64,000 nucleotides of DNA from an uncultured Acidobacteriota bacterium (GCA_963828465.1 CAWHEU010000018.1:1-64000); one strand, 5' to 3'. Counted from the stretch's first letter, positions 9,934 to 20,462 are shown. Numbers and translations are program-made. The notes: a model not told the origin generated them from the letters alone.

Positions 9934-11166
9934 GTGCTGCTCACCGAATCGGACCAGGCGATGCTTCGTGGGGAGGCCGGCGAGGCGGCCAGAACGGCGA
10001 TGGAGCTGCTCGTCGCAGTCGCGGAGTCGGAGGACGCACCGGGTCTTCTGGACATCTCCGCCGCCCACATCGACGGCGGCCTCTACCACGGGCGGGCGGG
10101 GCTCGACTTCGCTCTCGCCCTCGTCGAGGGCGGCGGTCGGGTGGTGGTGCCGACAACCCTCAATGTGTCCTCGCTCGACCTACTGCATCCCGAGCTCTAC
10201 CGGGGAGACCTGGAGACCGCCGCCGCGGCTCGCCTGCTCATGGATGCCTACGTCGACATGGGCTGCACTCCGAGCTGGACATGCGCCCCGTATCAGCTGG
10301 CCGAGCGCCCCGGGTTTGGCGACCAGATCGCCTGGGGTGAGTCCAATGCGATCGTCTTCGCCAACTCGGTGCTGGGGGCGAGGACAGCCCGGTACGGGGA
10401 TTTTCTCGACATCTGCTGCGCACTGACCGGCCGAGCACCGGCGGTCGGGCTCCACACCGATGAGGGCCGGCGGGCGACACTGCGGGTCGATCTGCAGGTC
10501 CCTGACAAGCTGCTCGACGACGATCTCCTCTACCCGGTGCTCGGCCATCTTCTGGGGCAGGTCGCCGGGACGGATGTGGCGGTGATCGTCGGGCTCGACC
10601 ACAGGGCCGGCGAGGACCGGCTAAAGGCACTCGGGGCGGCGGCCGCCTCGTCGGGAGCGGTCGCCATGTTCCACGTGGCAGGCGTCACTCCTGAGGCTGC
10701 CACCGCCGAGGCGGCGATGGCGGGCCAGGAACCTGAACGCGTCGAGATCATCGATGTCGACGACCTGATTCAGGCCCGGGCATCGCTCAATCATGGGGAG
10801 GGACCGCTCGGTGCAATCAGCGTCGGCACACCGCATTTCTCGGTTGCGGAGCTGGCGATGCTGGCCGACATGGTGAAAGGGCAGTCGACCAGGGTCCCGT
10901 TCTATGTGAACACATCACGGGACGCTCTCTCACGGGCAGAGGCGTCGGTCGCGGACATCGAGGGCTTCGGCGCCACGATCGTGACCGACACGTGCACCTA
11001 CATCACCCCGATTCTGCACGACGTCCGCGGGGTGGTCATGACCAACTCTGCCAAATGGGCCTTCTACGCCCCGGGGAATCTCGGTGTCGACGTGGTCTTT
11101 GCCGGGCTCGATGCTTGCGTCGCCTCGGCGGTGTCTGGTGAGCTGGTAATGGGGGAGGGGTGGTGA
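9934..11166 (+). CDS. Aconitase X catalytic subunit (DUF521)
   Basis: LTESDQAMLRGEAGEAARTAMELL, AHIDG, WTCAPY, IAWGESNAIVFANSVLGART, LKALGAAAASSGAVAMFHVAGVTPE, GTPHFS, DTC, MTNSAKWAFY. Confidence 0.9.
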   Translation: MLLTESDQAMLRGEAGEAARTAMELLVAVAESEDAPGLLDISAAHIDGGLYHGRAGLDFALALVEGGGRVVVPTTLNVSSLDLLHPELYRGDLETAAAARLLMDAYVDMGCTPSWTCAPYQLAERPGFGDQIAWGESNAIVFANSVLGARTARYGDFLDICCALTGRAPAVGLHTDEGRRATLRVDLQVPDKLLDDDLLYPVLGHLLGQVAGTDVAVIVGLDHRAGEDRLKALGAAAASSGAVAMFHVAGVTPEAATAEAAMAGQEPERVEIIDVDDLIQARASLNHGEGPLGAISVGTPHFSVAELAMLADMVKGQSTRVPFYVNTSRDALSRAEASVADIEGFGATIVTDTCTYITPILHDVRGVVMTNSAKWAFYAPGNLGVDVVFAGLDACVASAVSGELVMGEGW

Positions 11167-11571
11167 CCGGCACAGGGTTCAGGGCCTTGGTCGAGGGCAA
11201 GGCGGTCGGGGAGCTGTTGCGTCTCGGCGAGCCGTTGTCGCTATGGGGTGGTCTCGATCCCGAGACGGGGCTGATCATCGATCGCAACCATCCCGCAACT
11301 CGGGTAGAGCGTGACCGGCACCATCCTCGCCATGCCGCACGGACGAGGATCCAGTTCATCTTCGTCGGTGCTGGCGGAGGCCTTGCGGCTCGGGATGGGG
11401 CCGGCGGGCTTCGTGCTCGACTCACCCGACTCGATCCTGGTGATTGGGTCTCTGGTCGCCAAACGTCTCTACGGAACGGTTTGTCCGATCGTGTGCGGTG
11501 TGTTGCCCGAGGGTTCGACAGGGCCATGGATGATCGACCAGAATCACGTCGCGCCCATTACAGGGCCGTAG
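11163..11571 (+). CDS. Aconitase X swivel subunit (DUF126); frameshift near 11300
   Basis: LVEGKAVGELL, PLSLWGGLDPETGLIIDRNHP, then ILAMPHGRGSSSSSSVLAE. Confidence 0.88.
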
Positions 11572-11634
11572 ATTCCCCTTGTGTCGAGTGGTCATGTGTG
11601 CAGAAAACGCGCCGATTTGCCGATGGATAACTGA

Positions 11635-12654
11635 ATGAACGGCTTTGACGAGCTGAAGTCATTCTTCAAGAGGATGCCGGTGGCCTTTTATCGCACGTCC
11701 ACGACGGGTGCGTTGATCGCGGCCAATCCCGCCCTGGCCAACATCCTCGGGTACGACTCGGTCGAGGAGATGATGGCGCTGCTGCCCACCGTCGAGACCA
11801 TCTACATGGATCCGGCACAGCGCGCCGATTGGCTGCAGCGGATCGCCATCGAAGGCGTGATTCTCGACTTCGACGTCCAGCTCTCCCGTCCTGACGGCAG
11901 CACGATCTGGGTTCGGGACTCGGCCCGGGCGATACGGGACGACCACGGGCAGATCCAGTACTACGAGGGCTCTCTGATCGACGTGACGGACAAGTTCGAA
12001 GCGGGCAAGGCCAAGGACGATTTCATCGCCACGGTGTCCCACGAGCTGCGCAACCCACTGGCGGCCATGCTCGGCCTCGGCCAGGAGCTCGCCGACCATT
12101 ACGACACGTTCACCGACGAGGAGCGCCGGGATATGGCGCAAATGATCGCCCGCCAGGCCGACGACGCGTCATGGCTGATCGAAGACCTTCTCGTCGCCTA
12201 TCGCGACAATCTGAGCCAGGTCTCGGTCGCGCTTCAGGAGTTCGACGTCACGAAGGAGATCGAGCGGGTGCTCGAGGTGGTGGATTACCCGATCGATATC
12301 AAGGTCCTGCAGGGCTCATCCCGGATCATGGCCGACCCCAGGCGGACGCGGCAGATCCTGCGCAATCTCGTCTCCAATGCGATGCGATACGGCGGCGAGA
12401 AGATCCAGATCAGCCTGGGCAAGGCCGGCGATCGTCTCGAGGTCAAGATCCAGGACTCGGGAAAGGCCATCCCCAATGCTGACGTCGAGCGAATCTTCCG
12501 GGCATATGAGCGGGGGAGAGGCACTCCGCACTCGGCGTCCGTTGGTCTCGGTCTCAACGTCGCTCGTCGCCTGGCCCGACTCATGGACGGGGATCTCACC
12601 TACCGGCACGAGGATGGATGGTCGGAGTTCGTCCTGTCGCTCCCTTCGGCTTGA
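11635..12654 (+). CDS. Soluble PAS-domain sensor histidine kinase
   Basis: PAS (ANPALANILGYDS...RPDGSTIWVRDSA), H-box VSHELRNPL, N-box QILRNLVSNAMRY, G-boxes DSGKAI and GLGL. Confidence 0.9.
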   Translation: MNGFDELKSFFKRMPVAFYRTSTTGALIAANPALANILGYDSVEEMMALLPTVETIYMDPAQRADWLQRIAIEGVILDFDVQLSRPDGSTIWVRDSARAIRDDHGQIQYYEGSLIDVTDKFEAGKAKDDFIATVSHELRNPLAAMLGLGQELADHYDTFTDEERRDMAQMIARQADDASWLIEDLLVAYRDNLSQVSVALQEFDVTKEIERVLEVVDYPIDIKVLQGSSRIMADPRRTRQILRNLVSNAMRYGGEKIQISLGKAGDRLEVKIQDSGKAIPNADVERIFRAYERGRGTPHSASVGLGLNVARRLARLMDGDLTYRHEDGWSEFVLSLPSA

Positions 12655-12680
12655 AGCCCGGGCCTACCTACGATCACTGA

Positions 12681-13685
12681 ATGCGCGTACTCGTAACAGG
12701 CGGAGCCGGGTTCATCGGCAGTCACACCGTGGTCTCGTTGATCGAGGCGGGGCACGAGCCGGTGATCGTCGACAACCTCGTGAACGCGAAGCGCTCGGTG
12801 GTCACCCGGATCGGTCGGATCACCGGTCATGAGCCCGAGTTCGTCGAAGCCGATGTGCGCGACCTGGATGCCATGGAAAAGGTCCTCCAGTCGGGATACG
12901 ACGCCTGCATTCACTTTGCCGCGGTGAAGGCGGTGGGTGAGTCGGTCGAGAAGCCCCTCCTCTATTACGACAACAACGTCGGGGGCACCTTCGCCCTTCT
13001 CGAGGCGTTGACCGGCGCCGAGGTGAAGACATTCGTTTTCAGCTCGTCCGCCACCGTGTACGGGGATCCCGACCCCGCCTCGCTTCCTCTGCTGGAGTCG
13101 ACACCGATCGGGGCCGCGACCAATCCGTACGGCTGGAGCAAGATCATGATGGAGCAGATCCTTCGTGACGTTCACGTGTCCGATCCGGAGTGGTCGATCT
13201 CGTTGCTCCGCTATTTCAACCCTGTCGGCGCCCATCACTCGGGGCTGCTCGGTGAGGATCCCTCCGGTGTTCCCAACAACCTCATGCCCTATGTGGCCAA
13301 GGTGGCCTCTGGTGAGCTGACCAAGGTAAAGGTGTTCGGCAACGACTACCCGACGCCCGATGGAACCGGGGTCAGGGACTTCGTCCATGTGGCCGATCTG
13401 GCCGAAGGCCACGTCGCAGCACTCGAGAAGCGGGCGGGGGAGCAGGGCGTCTTCACCTACAACCTGGGCACCGGCGAGGGACACAGTGTCCTCGAGGTCA
13501 TCGCCGCCTACGAGCGTCAGTCAGGCAAGCCCATCCCCTACGAGATCGTCGGGCGGAGGGCAGGCGACGTGGCCTCCAACTGGGCGAGTGTGGAGAAGGC
13601 GCGCGTCGAGCTCGACTGGCAGACCACCCGAGACCTCGATGACATGTGCGCAGATTCCTGGCGCTGGCAGCAGAGCCCCCGCTGA
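12681..13685 (+). CDS. galE: UDP-glucose 4-epimerase
   Basis: GGAGFIGSH, IHFAAVKAVGES, FSSSATVYG, NPYGWSK, LRYFNPVGAH, PNNLMPY, DGTGVRDFVHV. Confidence 0.95.
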   Translation: MRVLVTGGAGFIGSHTVVSLIEAGHEPVIVDNLVNAKRSVVTRIGRITGHEPEFVEADVRDLDAMEKVLQSGYDACIHFAAVKAVGESVEKPLLYYDNNVGGTFALLEALTGAEVKTFVFSSSATVYGDPDPASLPLLESTPIGAATNPYGWSKIMMEQILRDVHVSDPEWSISLLRYFNPVGAHHSGLLGEDPSGVPNNLMPYVAKVASGELTKVKVFGNDYPTPDGTGVRDFVHVADLAEGHVAALEKRAGEQGVFTYNLGTGEGHSVLEVIAAYERQSGKPIPYEIVGRRAGDVASNWASVEKARVELDWQTTRDLDDMCADSWRWQQSPR

Positions 13686-13711
13686 CCGAAGCGTTTAGCC
13701 TCGCCGCTTCA

Positions 13712-15432
13712 GTGAGCGCTGTCACGGAGAATGATCTAGCGGGAGCCGCCCGGCGCTGGATCGAGGGCGACCCCGATCCCACGACCCGGGAAGCCCTTCA
13801 GGCCATGGTCGATGCCGGCGATCCAGCCGCGATGGCCGATGCAATGGGAGAGCCACTCACCTTCGGCACCGCAGGAATCCGCGGTGAGGTAGGACCTGGC
13901 TCAGGGCGGATGAATCGGGCCACCGTCATCCGCACGACGAGGGGCCTCGCCGACTACCTGATCACGAGCACAACGGCCCACCGGAGCGGCCTGTGGCATT
14001 GGGCTATGACGCCCGACCCGACAGTCGCACGTTTGCGGAGGACACCGCAGGGGTGTTGGCCGCGGCCGGCATCGGCGTCAGGTTCTTCCCGGAGGTCACT
14101 CCGACGCCACTGGTGGCGTTCGCGGCCAAGCACCTGGACGCGCCGGCGGCGGTGGTGATAACCGCCAGCCACAACCCTCCAGCCGACAACGGCTACAAGG
14201 TCTACGACCGCAACGCCGCCCAGATCATTCCCCCCACGGACGCCGAGATCGCGTCGGCGATCGCCCGGGTGGGCCCCGCTGCCGACGTTCCACGAATCGA
14301 AGGTGTGTTCGCAGGCGGTTCCGATCTCGTCACCCCGATGCCCGACGACATGCTGAATGCCTACGAGATCGAATTGGACTCGGCCCGCCCCAACCCGCAG
14401 ACGTCCGATCTGAAGATCGTCTACACCCCGCTTCATGGTGTCGGTGGCGACACCCTGACGAGGCTTTTCGTCTCGGCGAATCACCGTGGCCTGATACCAG
14501 TCGCGGAGCAGGCCCGTCCTGATGGCGCTTTCCCCACGGTCACCTTCCCGAATCCGGAGGAGGCGGGTGCGCTCGACCTGGCGTTGGACCTGGCCAGAGC
14601 TGTCGACGCCGATCTGGTGCTGGCCAACGACCCGGATGCCGACCGCCTCGCCTCGGCAGTGCCCATGGCGGGGGAGTGGCGACTGCTCAGCGGGAACGAG
14701 CTGGGCAGCCTTCTCGGCGACTACGTCCTTCGCTATTGGCGGCATCCCGAGGCACCGATCGTCGTCAACTCGATCGTGTCGAGCCCGATGCTGGGCCGGA
14801 TCGCCGCACGGCGCGGAGCGGTCCATGAGACGACCCTGACCGGCTTCAAATGGATCATCAACGCCGGCCTGGCCCTCGAGGGCAAGGGGGAGGGGCGCTT
14901 CGCATTCGGGTACGAGGAGGCGCTCGGATATTCGGTGGGTCAGACGGTTCGTGACAAAGACGGGCTCAGTGCCGCCGTCGTCATGGCCGATCTCGCCGCC
15001 GAGGAAGCATCCGCAGGGCGAAGCGTGCTCGATCGGCTCCACGACCTGTGGGACGAAGTCGGTTTGTGGGTCAGCGCCCAGTACTCGATCGTCAGGGCGG
15101 GTCCGGAGGGACAGGCCGCCCTGCTGGCGGCCGTCGATCGACTCGGAAGCGGCCCTCCTTCCAGCGTGCAAGGCATCGAGGTGACAGGGATGACCGACTA
15201 TCGGCTCGGCGGGGAGGAGCGGCCGATGTGGCTGGGGGAGCAGGACCTGATCGAGTTGTCTTTGGGAGATCGGGGCCGGGTGCTGGTCAGACCGAGCGGC
15301 ACCGAGCCCAAGCTCAAGATCTACGTGGACCTCTCCCGCGCCGTCGACACCGACCATGATGCGGCCCACCAAAGCCTCCTGGCCAATGCGCAGTCATTGG
15401 CGGAGGAAGTGGGGGAGTGGCTAGAGGTGTGA
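13712..15432 (+). CDS. Phosphoglucomutase/phosphomannomutase family; frameshift near 13975
   Basis: WIEGDPDP, LTFGTAGIRG, GYDAR, ITASHNPPADNGYK, DPDADR, GYEEALG, VRDKDG, RPSGTEPKLKIY. Confidence 0.92.
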
Positions 15433-15440
15433 CCGGTTGG

Positions 15441-15620
15441 TCAGTGCGGCGTTCGCCGGAGATGCTCCCGATAGAGATACAGCCAGCCAACTCCATGGAT
15501 CGCCACCCCGAGCATTAAAAGGGCGGTCACCAGTGGGTAACCGGCGATGAGCCCGGCGAGGGCGGCCACGACTGCGAAGCAGACCAGAGCGACACGCACG
15601 CCATTGAGAGGGCCGAACAC
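15441..15620 (-). CDS. 59-aa two-helix small membrane protein (below the ORF-track cutoff)
   Basis: GTG start: MFGPLNGVRVALVCFAVVAALAGLIAGYPLVTALLMLGVAIHGVGWLYLYREHLRRTPH*. It fills the intergenic gap. Confidence 0.55.
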   Translation of the reverse strand: MFGPLNGVRVALVCFAVVAALAGLIAGYPLVTALLMLGVAIHGVGWLYLYREHLRRTPH

Positions 15621-15670
15621 GCTGCAGAGCCTACCGGTTTGACCGGTCCTGAGGTTTAACCTGCCCGGGA

Positions 15671-16639
15671 ATGCGGCCCCTTCTCCTGGTCATCGTCGTC
15701 CTCATCGGGGCCTGCTCCGGAAACGCCGGAGCGGAGGTCACGACGATCCCCACCTCGATCACGACATCGACGACCACCACGACTGTTCCCACCACTACCA
15801 GTACCGAGCCACCGCCGACCTTCCCCGAGATAACCAGGGCCCTCGTCACGCCGACGGGGGTGGTCGTTTCGGTGCTGGAGGAGACGGCGACAGGATTTCG
15901 CGTCACCACGCCGTGCGGGAACGAGGCAACAGTTCGAGAAGGCACACCCTTGGGAACGACACAAGTCGTCATCGACCCCGGCCACGGAGGTGAGGTAGAC
16001 ACCGGCGCCGTCGGAGCCAACGGGTTGATGGAGAAGCATCTCAATCTCGAAGTCTCTCAGGCCCTCGAGGTCGACTTGATCGTCCGCGGCATCGACGTGG
16101 TCTTGACCCGGACCGCGGATTACGCATCGAGGCTGGGTGTGCGGGCAGGGCTTGCCGACCGGGTCAACGCCGACCTGCTCATCTCGGTGCACCACAATGC
16201 GCCCACACCCGGGCCATCGCCCCGCCCGGGCACGGAGGTGTTCATCCAGAGCACGTCAGAAGCCTCGCGACGACTCGGCGGCCTCGTGTGGACCCGCGTG
16301 ATGGCGGCGCTGTCCGACTTCGACATCGATTGGACGGCTGCACCAGATGCCGGCGTGCTCAGCGTCTTGAGCACACGGGGGAGCGACGCATACGGGATGA
16401 TCAGCGGCCCCCGCACGGTGAGCGTGCTCGCTGAGTTGGCCTACATCTCGAATCCGCCCGAAGCGGAGCTGTTCGCCACCAACGAATATGTGGAAGCCGC
16501 GTCGGATGCACTGGCCGACGCCATCGAGGGGTATCTGACCACCGAGGCCACAGGGGCCGGCTATGTGGCCGAGCCCCGGGTGTTCAACCCTCAGCCCGGG
16601 ATCGGGGGAAGCTTGTGTGTCGACCCAGCGCTGGAGTAG
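15671..16639 (+). CDS. N-acetylmuramoyl-L-alanine amidase (Amidase_3) lipoprotein with Thr-rich linker
   Basis: Lipobox LIGAC, poly-Thr linker, VIDPGHGG, EKHLNL, LLISVHHNA, VLAELAYISN. Confidence 0.9.
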   Translation: MRPLLLVIVVLIGACSGNAGAEVTTIPTSITTSTTTTTVPTTTSTEPPPTFPEITRALVTPTGVVVSVLEETATGFRVTTPCGNEATVREGTPLGTTQVVIDPGHGGEVDTGAVGANGLMEKHLNLEVSQALEVDLIVRGIDVVLTRTADYASRLGVRAGLADRVNADLLISVHHNAPTPGPSPRPGTEVFIQSTSEASRRLGGLVWTRVMAALSDFDIDWTAAPDAGVLSVLSTRGSDAYGMISGPRTVSVLAELAYISNPPEAELFATNEYVEAASDALADAIEGYLTTEATGAGYVAEPRVFNPQPGIGGSLCVDPALE

Positions 16640-16723
16640 GACGTGGTCCCTAACCATCCACGCCATTGTCCAACTTGACATAACGTGGATTATGGGTCTT
16701 GGACCAATTCTGCCCATACCGGC

Positions 16724-17738
16724 CTACCAGCTGTTCTCGCCCCAGCCGGCGATGTTTCCGCAACCACCGCCCGAGTAGGCAGGATTCGACTGGCCCTGAC
16801 TGTTCAGCCAAGTGACCGAATTGTCTCTCACCTCGATGCCGCCACATGGTCCGCTGCTCTGATTCCACACGTAGATCCCCACGTTCGACCAGGGCAGCCG
16901 TGCGGAGGTGACGGTGTTGTTCAACACCTTGATGTTTGAGCCCCCAGCGACTCCGATTCCAGCCTGACCGGGATTGGTGAGCTTGTTCCCTTGTACCAGG
17001 AGGTATTGGCCACCTCCGTCCCCCAACATGATCCCCGACCCCGAGTCGCTGGCGCCGGTGTTGTCCTTGACAGTGTTGTCGGAGACCTCGAGCCAGCTAG
17101 CGGAGGTTCCGCTCGACTTGAAAACGGAAATCATGTCCTCCGAGGCGTTCGAGGCGATCACATTTCCCACGATCTGGTTCCCCGATCCGGTCACCTTGTC
17201 GAACTGGACCGGGTTTCGACCCGAGTTCGAGATCTTGTTGTCGACGACGGCTATTCCGCTCGGAAGAGTGACCGTAGATCCCACCCTTGCTATCCGAAGT
17301 CTCGATGGTGGTGTTTTGGATCGTTACTGCCGACGATCTGTCGATGAACACGCCCCAATCACCACAGGGGCCGATCGTCGAGTTCCGGATGACCACGTTA
17401 GAGGAGCCGACGATTCTGACACAAGGCCCGTTCGGATTGGAGATTGAGAGGTTCTCAACAACCAAGTTCGACTTGTTGGAGACAGTGATCGGGCCGCTCG
17501 GGGTAAGAGGCGGCGGATTGGTCGGCTGCGTGGGAGGCACGCTATTCGACAGATCCGGCTCGGTGGGCTCCCCGGCGCGAGCAACCGTCGTGGCGGTGGG
17601 CACCGGCTGAGATTCGGGTCCGGGTGGCGGAACCGGGTCGCCCAACTCGATGAAGTTGGGAACTGTAAGTGCTACCACGGCCAGCAGTAAGGCGCTGATC
17701 CCCATCAGCACCCGCCTGATGAATGTGGGGTTCGACAC
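16724..17738 (-). CDS. Membrane-anchored right-handed parallel beta-helix (pectin-lyase-like) protein; frameshift near 17285
   Basis: N-terminal TM, Pro/Thr linker, and Asn/Gly-rich repeats (VVENLSISNPNGPCVRI, VIRNSTIGPCG, GSGIMLGDGGG, NPGQAGIGVAGGSNIKVLNN). Confidence 0.75.
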
Positions 17739-17897
17739 TATAAGATTGTCCGGGCAGTGGGGGGTTTCGTGCCTATCGGGAAGAGAAACCTGGACATGAA
17801 GGCGTTTTCCCTGCTGCGGTCGGTGGTCGAAGTCTGAATATGGTGGCAGGACCGTACAACATGGCTCGGTTTAGCGGATCCGGGGACCGGTGATCTG

Positions 17898-18671
17898 ATG
17901 ACGACTTTGCCTGAGAGGCATGACGTTTTCGGGACCGACATCTCCCTGACCTCCGTAGCTGAAGTAGTCGATCGGATCCTCCAGACGACACCTGGAGGCC
18001 TTACGGTCGTGATCGCCAACGTCCATTCTGTGATGACCTCACGCCGCAAACCCGAACTTGCCAGAGCCCTACGCGATGCCGACATCGCCACGGCCGACGG
18101 AGTCCCTCTGGTGTGGGCGCTGAGAGCGAGCGGCCTCGAATCTGCCCAGCGTGTCACCGGCATCGACGTGATGAGAGGCGCTCTCAGCCTCGGGCGGCCA
18201 ACCGGAACCCGACATTATCTCTATGGGAGCACCGAGCCCGTCCTGGGCGACGTGATCAGGAACATCGAGAGCGAGTATCCCGGAGCCCTTGTCACAGGCG
18301 CCATGTCGCCACCCTTCAACGAGCTGTCGGACGCCGAGCTGGACACGCACGCCGAAGCCATTACGTCGTCGGGAGCGAATATCGTCTGGGTTGGGCTGGG
18401 TATGCCCAAGCAGGAACTGTGGATGGCACGAGCTCGATCACGGTTGCCGGGCGTGAACCTGGTTGGCGTTGGTGCAGCGTTCGATTGGCTTGCCGGATCA
18501 ACGCCAATGGCACCTCAGTGGATGCGCGATCGGGGACTCGAATGGGCTTATCGGCTTGCTCGCGAGCCCCGCCGGATGTGGAAGCGATACGCCTACAACA
18601 ATCCGGCTTTCCTGGTGTTACTTGCGCGGCGATGGCTGGAGAAGTTGGGAAGCGTGTCGACCAAACGTTAG
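17898..18671 (+). CDS. WecB/TagA/CpsF family glycosyltransferase (GT26)
   Basis: NVHSV, ADGVPLVW, RVTGID, YLYGS, SPPF, VWVGLGMPKQELW, GVGAAFD, APQWMRDRGLEWAYRLAREPRRMWKRY. Confidence 0.92.
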   Translation: MTTLPERHDVFGTDISLTSVAEVVDRILQTTPGGLTVVIANVHSVMTSRRKPELARALRDADIATADGVPLVWALRASGLESAQRVTGIDVMRGALSLGRPTGTRHYLYGSTEPVLGDVIRNIESEYPGALVTGAMSPPFNELSDAELDTHAEAITSSGANIVWVGLGMPKQELWMARARSRLPGVNLVGVGAAFDWLAGSTPMAPQWMRDRGLEWAYRLAREPRRMWKRYAYNNPAFLVLLARRWLEKLGSVSTKR

Positions 18672-18704
18672 GCGGAGAAATGGGCCTGACGGCCCGTCAG
18701 GCGC

Positions 18705-18730
18705 GGAACAAACCTACCCCGTCCTCCGTT
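18705..18730 (+). promoter_or_regulatory. SigH/SigR-type ECF promoter for thioredoxin
   Basis: GGAAC-N18-GTT, 35 nt upstream of the trx start, matching the actinobacterial thiol-stress sigma consensus. The palindrome GCCTGACGGCCCGTCAGGC (18684-18702) lies just upstream. Confidence 0.7.
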
Positions 18731-18765
18731 GTACGGTGCACACAACCCCATTGAAAGGCTGAAGC

Positions 18766-19174
18766 ATGGCCACTGTGGCCCTGACCAAGGAAAACTTCGA
18801 CCAGACCATCCAGGAGAACGACACCGTTTTCATCGACTTCTGGGCGGAATGGTGCGGACCCTGTCGCATGTTTGCTCCGACCTACGAGACCTCCTCCGAG
18901 GAGCATCAGGACATCGTGTTCGCCAAGGTGGACACCGAAGACCAGCCCGAGTTGGCCGGCAAGTTCGGAATCCGTTCCATCCCCACATTGATGATCTTTC
19001 GGGACCAGATAGTCCTGTACGCCCAGCCAGGGGCGATCCCCGGTCACATGCTCGAGGATCTGATCTCCAAGGTGAAGGAAGTCGACATGGACGAAGTGCG
19101 TGCCCAGATCGCAGAGCACGAGCATGCCGATCGACGATCACGATCACGAGGATGCCCACGAGCACGCCCACTGA
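18766..19174 (+). CDS. trxA: Thioredoxin with probable His/Asp-rich C-terminal tail (frameshift near 19132)
   Basis: DFWAEWCGPCRMFAP, FAKVDTE, IRSIPTL. The tail reads EHEHAD / DDHDHEDAHEHAH* across the shift. Confidence 0.9.
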
Positions 19175-19244
19175 GGCTGCTCCCCCGGTTCTGACGCTCC
19201 TCGGATAGAGCAGCCCTGACCGGGCCGGATCTACCCTCCCGACT

Positions 19245-19736
19245 ATGCCTATCGACGCGGCTGTCCTCGAGGCGATGCAGACACTGGGTCTCACGTTCGA
19301 GGAGATGGACTGTGACCCGGAATTGGCCGACACCGCCCGCTTCTGCGAGGCGTACGGAGTGCCAGTGGAGCGGTCGGCCAACACGATCCTGGTGGCTTCG
19401 CGACGGCCCGAGGGCCATTTCGCAGCGTGCCTCGTCCTGGCCACCACGAGGCTCGATGTGAATGGCCTCGTGAGGCAACGATTGGGAGTCAAGAAGGTGA
19501 GCTTCGCCGACGCTGAGCAGACCAGAGAGCTCACCGGCATGGAGATCGGCGGAGTCACCATTTTCGGCCTCCCCGACCACCTCCCGGTCTGGATCGACGC
19601 CGGAGTGCTCGAGCACGATTGGGTCGTCATCGGCGCCGGCTCGCGGACGGCCAAGATCCGGCTTGATCCCCGCCAACTCGCCGGTCTCGATGGGTTCGAG
19701 ATCGTCCCCGAGCTCGGTCGTCAAATGTCAGTGTGA
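19245..19736 (+). CDS. YbaK/EbsC aminoacyl-tRNA editing family protein
   Basis: CDPELADTARFC, SANTILV, VLATTRLDVN, TGMEIGGVTIFG, IGAGSRTAKI. Confidence 0.85.
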   Translation: MPIDAAVLEAMQTLGLTFEEMDCDPELADTARFCEAYGVPVERSANTILVASRRPEGHFAACLVLATTRLDVNGLVRQRLGVKKVSFADAEQTRELTGMEIGGVTIFGLPDHLPVWIDAGVLEHDWVVIGAGSRTAKIRLDPRQLAGLDGFEIVPELGRQMSV

Positions 19737-20459
19737 GCGACGGGCCGCCCGTCGTATCAGGAAGAAGTATCCGAGCAGACCGATCAGGGCAAAGCTGAAC
19801 CACTGGATCGCGTACGCCAGGTGGGGCCCCTCATCCGCAAACGACGGCGGCGGGGCGGCGAGCGGCAGATCACCATCCAGGTCGTCGAGCAAGGACATGT
19901 AAACCGGCTCCAGCTCGTAAGGCACCTGTTCCTGGATGCGATCGATGTCGACCCGGCTCATTGCCACCAACCTGCCGTCGTCTGGATCGCTCGGGCCCAG
20001 CGCTCCCCGGGTCTGGGTGGGCCGAACCCAGCCAGTCACGGTCACAGTCCCCTCGGGAGGCGGGGCTGCCGTCACGGGCACCTCGTCGGCGTCGAGGGGG
20101 ACCCACCCCCGATTGACCAACACCGCGCTGCCCCCCTCCCCCAGCAGTGGTGTTATCACATGGAACCCGGCGACGCCTTGGTGGACCTGGCTCCTGACCA
20201 GGACTTCGTCATTGGGCTGAAACACGCCTGTTGCGTTGGCCCGCCGGAACTCGAGTGAGTCCCGCTCTTCACCTGCCGAGTCGAGCATGAGACCGACATC
20301 GACCGGCGCGGCTTCGAACCGTGACTCCCCCACTGTGTTCTCCAGCTGTCGCTCTTCGAGTCTGCGGAGCTGCCAGAAGCCGAGATAGATGAAGAGAATG
20401 GCGAGGGCCACGACTACGACATGGGCCACCATCCATCGTGGGGCCAGCAACCACCTCAC
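19728..20459 (-). CDS. SURF1 family protein
   Basis: LGFWQLRRLEER, GFHVITPL, VLVNRGWVP, GPHLAYAIQWFSFA. Confidence 0.92.
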   Translation of the reverse strand: MRWLLAPRWMVAHVVVVALAILFIYLGFWQLRRLEERQLENTVGESRFEAAPVDVGLMLDSAGEERDSLEFRRANATGVFQPNDEVLVRSQVHQGVAGFHVITPLLGEGGSAVLVNRGWVPLDADEVPVTAAPPPEGTVTVTGWVRPTQTRGALGPSDPDDGRLVAMSRVDIDRIQEQVPYELEPVYMSLLDDLDGDLPLAAPPPSFADEGPHLAYAIQWFSFALIGLLGYFFLIRRAARRSH

Positions 20460-20462
20460 CGA

